A stretch of 60,261 nucleotides of DNA. Origin: Fibrobacteria bacterium. GTDB lineage: Bacteria; Fibrobacterota; Fibrobacteria; UBA5070. This document shows positions 56,155 to 60,261 of this stretch, piece after piece. The position numbers were made by a program, and so were the translations under genes. The notes beneath the pieces were generated by a model. The model worked only from the letters and a program-made list of their open reading frames with translations, searched no databases and was not told the DNA's origin. The stretch is from contig DATNIW010000104.1 of NCBI GenBank assembly GCA_035604215.1, positions 1 through 60,261 on the forward strand, in the 5' to 3' direction. The first letter of the stretch is position 1. Every line of letters starts with the position of its first letter.

Positions 56155-57062
56155 GGATCGCCGTCCTGGGATCCGGGGCGGTGGGCGGATACTACGGGGC
56201 CCGCCTGGCCCAGGCCGGGCAGGACGTCCGCTTCCTGTACCATTCCGAGTACGAGGCCGTCCGCGAGCGCGGGCTCCGGCTGGACAGTGTCGACGGAAAC
56301 TGGCAGGGGCCGGTCTCGGCCTTCAGGGACCCCGGTTCCCTGGGTCCCTGCGACGTCGCCCTGGTCTGCTTCAAGTCGGCGCAGTCCGACCTGTTCCCGG
56401 ATCTGCTGCCCGAGGTGCTGCACCCCGGGGGGACGGCGGTCTGCCTGATGAACGGGCTCGGCCACGAGGAACTGCTGGCGGGGGTGGTCGGGCCGGAAAG
56501 GGTGGCGGCGGGAGCGGCCTTCATCTGCTCCGAGCGGACCGGTCCCGGGACCATCCTCCATACCGCGGCGGGAGGACTCGCCCTGGCGCCGTATTTTCCG
56601 CAGGGACGGTCGCATGTCCGGGAGGTCTGCGAGGACCTGGCCGGTCGCTTCCTGTCGGCCCGGGTGCCCTGCCAGGCGGGAAGCGACGGCCATGCGGTCA
56701 AATGGGGGAAGCTCGTCTGGAACATTCCCTTCTCGGGACTCTCCGTGTACGCCGGCGGAATCACCACGGACAAGATCGTCGCGGACCCCTCGTTGCGCGC
56801 CTTCGCCACGGACCTCATGGCGGAGATCCTCCGCGCCGCGGCGGCCTGCGGCGTGGAGCTGGATCCGCGCCTGCCGGCCCGGAACCTGGCCCAGACCGAG
56901 TCCATGGGCGCCTACCGCCCGTCCATGCTGGTGGATTTCCTTCTCGGACGCCCGTTGGAAGTGGAGGCCATCGTGGCCGAACCTCTTCGGCGCGGCGAGG
57001 CGGCGGGGGCCCATCTTCCCCGGATGCGCGAACTCCTGGACGGGATCCGGGCGCGGATCTAG
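56151..57062 (+). CDS. panE: 2-dehydropantoate 2-reductase
   Basis: IAVLGSGAVGGYYG, VCFKS, MNGLG, KWGKLVWNIPF, PSMLVD...RPLEVEAI; GTGA overlap. Confidence 0.9.
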   Translation: MRIAVLGSGAVGGYYGARLAQAGQDVRFLYHSEYEAVRERGLRLDSVDGNWQGPVSAFRDPGSLGPCDVALVCFKSAQSDLFPDLLPEVLHPGGTAVCLMNGLGHEELLAGVVGPERVAAGAAFICSERTGPGTILHTAAGGLALAPYFPQGRSHVREVCEDLAGRFLSARVPCQAGSDGHAVKWGKLVWNIPFSGLSVYAGGITTDKIVADPSLRAFATDLMAEILRAAAACGVELDPRLPARNLAQTESMGAYRPSMLVDFLLGRPLEVEAIVAEPLRRGEAAGAHLPRMRELLDGIRARI

Positions 57063-57111
57063 GCCGACAATCCGCGAGGGAGTCCATCGACCGCGTCCGC
57101 GGGAACGGGGA

Positions 57112-58398
57112 CTAGTCGACCGATCTCGCCCAGCGTTCGACTTCCCGTCGGAGTCTGCCCAGTTCCACGGGTTCCCTCCAGTCGCGCAGGAGGGTCCAGG
57201 CCGCCAGCTTCGACAGGCGGACGATCCGATCGACCCAAAGGGGCTTGGCGTCCCTGTGCTGCAGGGCGAACGCCCCGACTTCGGCGTAGAGGATGTGCCA
57301 CCGGACCAGGTTCATGCCCCATCCCCAGATCACGCCGCGTCGGGAAAGCCTCCAACGCTCCGCATCCTCGGGTCCGGGACGGTGGAGCCCCGCTAGGAAG
57401 AACAGATCCTCCATCCCCGGAGGGCAGGTCGCCAGGAGCTGCTGCGCCCCGGAGGTCAGGAAATGGCGGATCACCTGTTCCCAGAGCCCGAAGAAGACGT
57501 CGGGAACCACCCACTCGCGGCGGAGCTTCAGGAAGACGACCTTCCGCAAGCTGTCGGCCGGGGTTTCCAACAGCGCGGCCCCGACCAGCAGGTGTCCGTC
57601 CCACACTCCGATCCTCTCGCCCTGCCCGTCTTCCGACTGCTCCAGGAAGCCGTCCACTTCCTTCCGCTCGCCCACCTCCTCGACCTTGCGGAACCGGAAC
57701 TGTCCCTCCATGGTCGAGGTGCGGAATCCCAGGTCCTGCAGATCCAGCGGTGGACGGAGCCGGTCCAGTTCCAGCCACTCCCCCAGGGCCGAAGCGAGGT
57801 CCGGATCCGGGTCCAGGATCCGCAGACCCATGCGCACGGTCTGTCCGGTCCCCGGGCGCCACCAGAGGATCTGGCATTCCCAGGACCGACCGGTCAGGAG
57901 GGGGATGTCCAGGTGGAACGGCGCTCGATGACCGGGAAGCAGGTAGCCCGGACCACCGATGGTTTCCACCTGGAAACCGAGGTCGGAGGCGATGTCCACG
58001 ATCCGCAGCCGGCTCCAGACGCGGTGCGCATGGCGAAGGGGCATGCGGGCGAACAGCGAGTCCTGGGGAAGGTACACCCTGGTTCGACCGCGCCTCTCCA
58101 GGCTGGACCACGCGGAGGGCTCGCAAGGCCAGGAAAGGCCCAGCGCTCCGGACACGGGATCGTAACCGCGCACGAGCCCATCGCGCAGGACCGTGGGCTG
58201 GCCTCGGAAGGCGATGCGGACGGGGATGGTTTCGCCGGCCGGAAGCATCGAGAGCGGGGGAAGCGTGAGACCGATCCCGCCGGGGGAAAGATCCCTCAAC
58301 TCGGGCATCAGGCGCGTCCCCGGGATCCTCACCCGGCAGGCGGTCAGGATCTCCGGGCTCAGCCGCGTCCAACGCCGCTGTTCGATCGTGGCTGGCAT
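57112..58398 (-). CDS. Tandem PilZ-domain protein with C-terminal GNAT/FeeM-like domain
   Basis: QRRWTR + DLSPGG (PilZ 1); ERRGRTR + DIASDLG (PilZ 2, atypical); C-terminal FRFRKVE...GVWDGHLLVGAALL...L acyltransferase-like strand pattern. Confidence 0.75.
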   Translation of the reverse strand: MPATIEQRRWTRLSPEILTACRVRIPGTRLMPELRDLSPGGIGLTLPPLSMLPAGETIPVRIAFRGQPTVLRDGLVRGYDPVSGALGLSWPCEPSAWSSLERRGRTRVYLPQDSLFARMPLRHAHRVWSRLRIVDIASDLGFQVETIGGPGYLLPGHRAPFHLDIPLLTGRSWECQILWWRPGTGQTVRMGLRILDPDPDLASALGEWLELDRLRPPLDLQDLGFRTSTMEGQFRFRKVEEVGERKEVDGFLEQSEDGQGERIGVWDGHLLVGAALLETPADSLRKVVFLKLRREWVVPDVFFGLWEQVIRHFLTSGAQQLLATCPPGMEDLFFLAGLHRPGPEDAERWRLSRRGVIWGWGMNLVRWHILYAEVGAFALQHRDAKPLWVDRIVRLSKLAAWTLLRDWREPVELGRLRREVERWARSVD

Positions 58399-58441
58399 GG
58401 ATCTGTCATCCAAGGTAGCTCGCGGGAAACCGGGAAGACCG

Positions 58442-59460
58442 CTACAGCAGCTCCCAGGCCAGATCTTCCCTCAGGAGGTCCAGGCGATCCACGGCGAGCA
58501 GATGGCGGATCTTCACGGCGAGCGAGGGCCAGGCCTGGTTCGGGGCGATCGCGACGCCCGCGTCCAGCAGGTCGTCCCGACCGGCGTACGGAAGTCCGGG
58601 TCTGGCAGGTCCGAGGAACACGGGAACACCCGCTTCCCTCGCGGCCAGCGCGAGTTCGAGGAAGGACCCGCTCCCCCCCGTCGACGCAGCCGTCCCCGAA
58701 TGGTGGGCGATCTGCAGGATGGCCTTCCAGCCCCGGAGGCCCGGCAGGAGAGGGGAATGGTCCACCCCGGGGTGGGCGGGAAGGACCAGCACCCGGTCCT
58801 CGAACAGGTGCGCCGCTCCGAGGGATCGCAGGCTCCGGCCCCAGGCCTCGGGGGCGGCCCGGGAGGCGAGATCCGAGCGCGACGGGTTTCGCGGGTGGGA
58901 TCCGCGGGAGAACATGCCGTCCGAGACCGTTCCGTAGGCCGCATCCAAGGGTGACCGGAATCTGTCCAGATGGGGATCCGCGGGAAGAAGCCGGGTCCCC
59001 AGGTGGATGGCGGCCGGTTCGCCGGGGTTCCGCCAGGCAACGAAGACGCCGGGAAGCCTTTCGGAGAGGGAGAACGAAATGCCGGATCGGAAATTGTCGG
59101 CCCCGTTGGAGCACGGGTCCGCGAGCGGTCGGTCGGAGCCGAAGAGCACGATGGGAACGGGCGCGCCCCGCAGGGCGAAGGAGAGCGCCGAGGCGGTCCA
59201 TGCGAAGGTGTCCGAGCCGTGCGCCACGAGCACGGCGTCCAGGCGGTCCAGGGGCAGGGCCGCGATGTGCCGCGCCAGTTCCGACCAGTGCGCGCCGGAA
59301 GCGTCCTCCGACAGGATCCAGAAGGGTCGGCTCCAGGCGCACTCGACGCCGTCCGGCAGGAAATCGAGGATCGCGGGGCGTTCCGCGGAGTCCAGCGCGA
59401 TGGTGCCGTCGCGATTCGCGGATCCCACGGTCCCTCCGGTGGCCACCAGGTGGACCCGGT

Positions 59461-59464
<4 letters not shown>
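58442..59464 (-). CDS. L-asparaginase type I-like protein with altered catalytic residues
   Basis: ATGGTV, HGSDT (normally HGTDT), PIVLFGS, DG..NF; GTG start overlaps tgt stop. Confidence 0.8.

Positions 59465-60261
<797 letters not shown>

Overview
High-GC chromosomal window, most likely from a Fibrobacterota-type bacterium. This is inferred from a TIGR02147-family gene, T9SS-CTD-like tails, futalosine menaquinone genes and Calx-beta/Dx[DN]xDG adhesin architecture. It holds about 48 CDSs. I found no rRNA, tRNA, CRISPR array, transposase or prophage. Housekeeping genes (dnaE, rpsA, mnmG, uppP, mqnB/mqnD, panE, partial tgt) are interleaved with accessory loci: a xylan-related cluster (TIGR02147, CBM-like lipoprotein, esterase, GH30), a NYN nuclease and an isolated secretin bracketed by REP-like palindromes, an nfeD-nfeD-floA-yqfB-like membrane-microdomain operon, an ECF/FecR module, a ~1650-aa Calx-beta adhesin and a ~14-kb second-messenger region. 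The best candidate for an undescribed system is at 47116-52687. There a soluble LacI-type sugar-binding histidine kinase is co-encoded with two paralogous REC-GAF-like-GGDEF proteins, one with an intact GGDEF and one catalytically degenerate but keeping the RxxD site, with a CHASE2 cyclase and a tandem-PilZ/GNAT-like protein nearby. The second candidate is a translationally coupled pair of apparently dead enzymes (M20 peptidase-like plus GpgS-like) at 22575-24583. Many starts in the supplied ORF track are over-extended and were corrected. All family calls come from manual motif recognition, not database searches.
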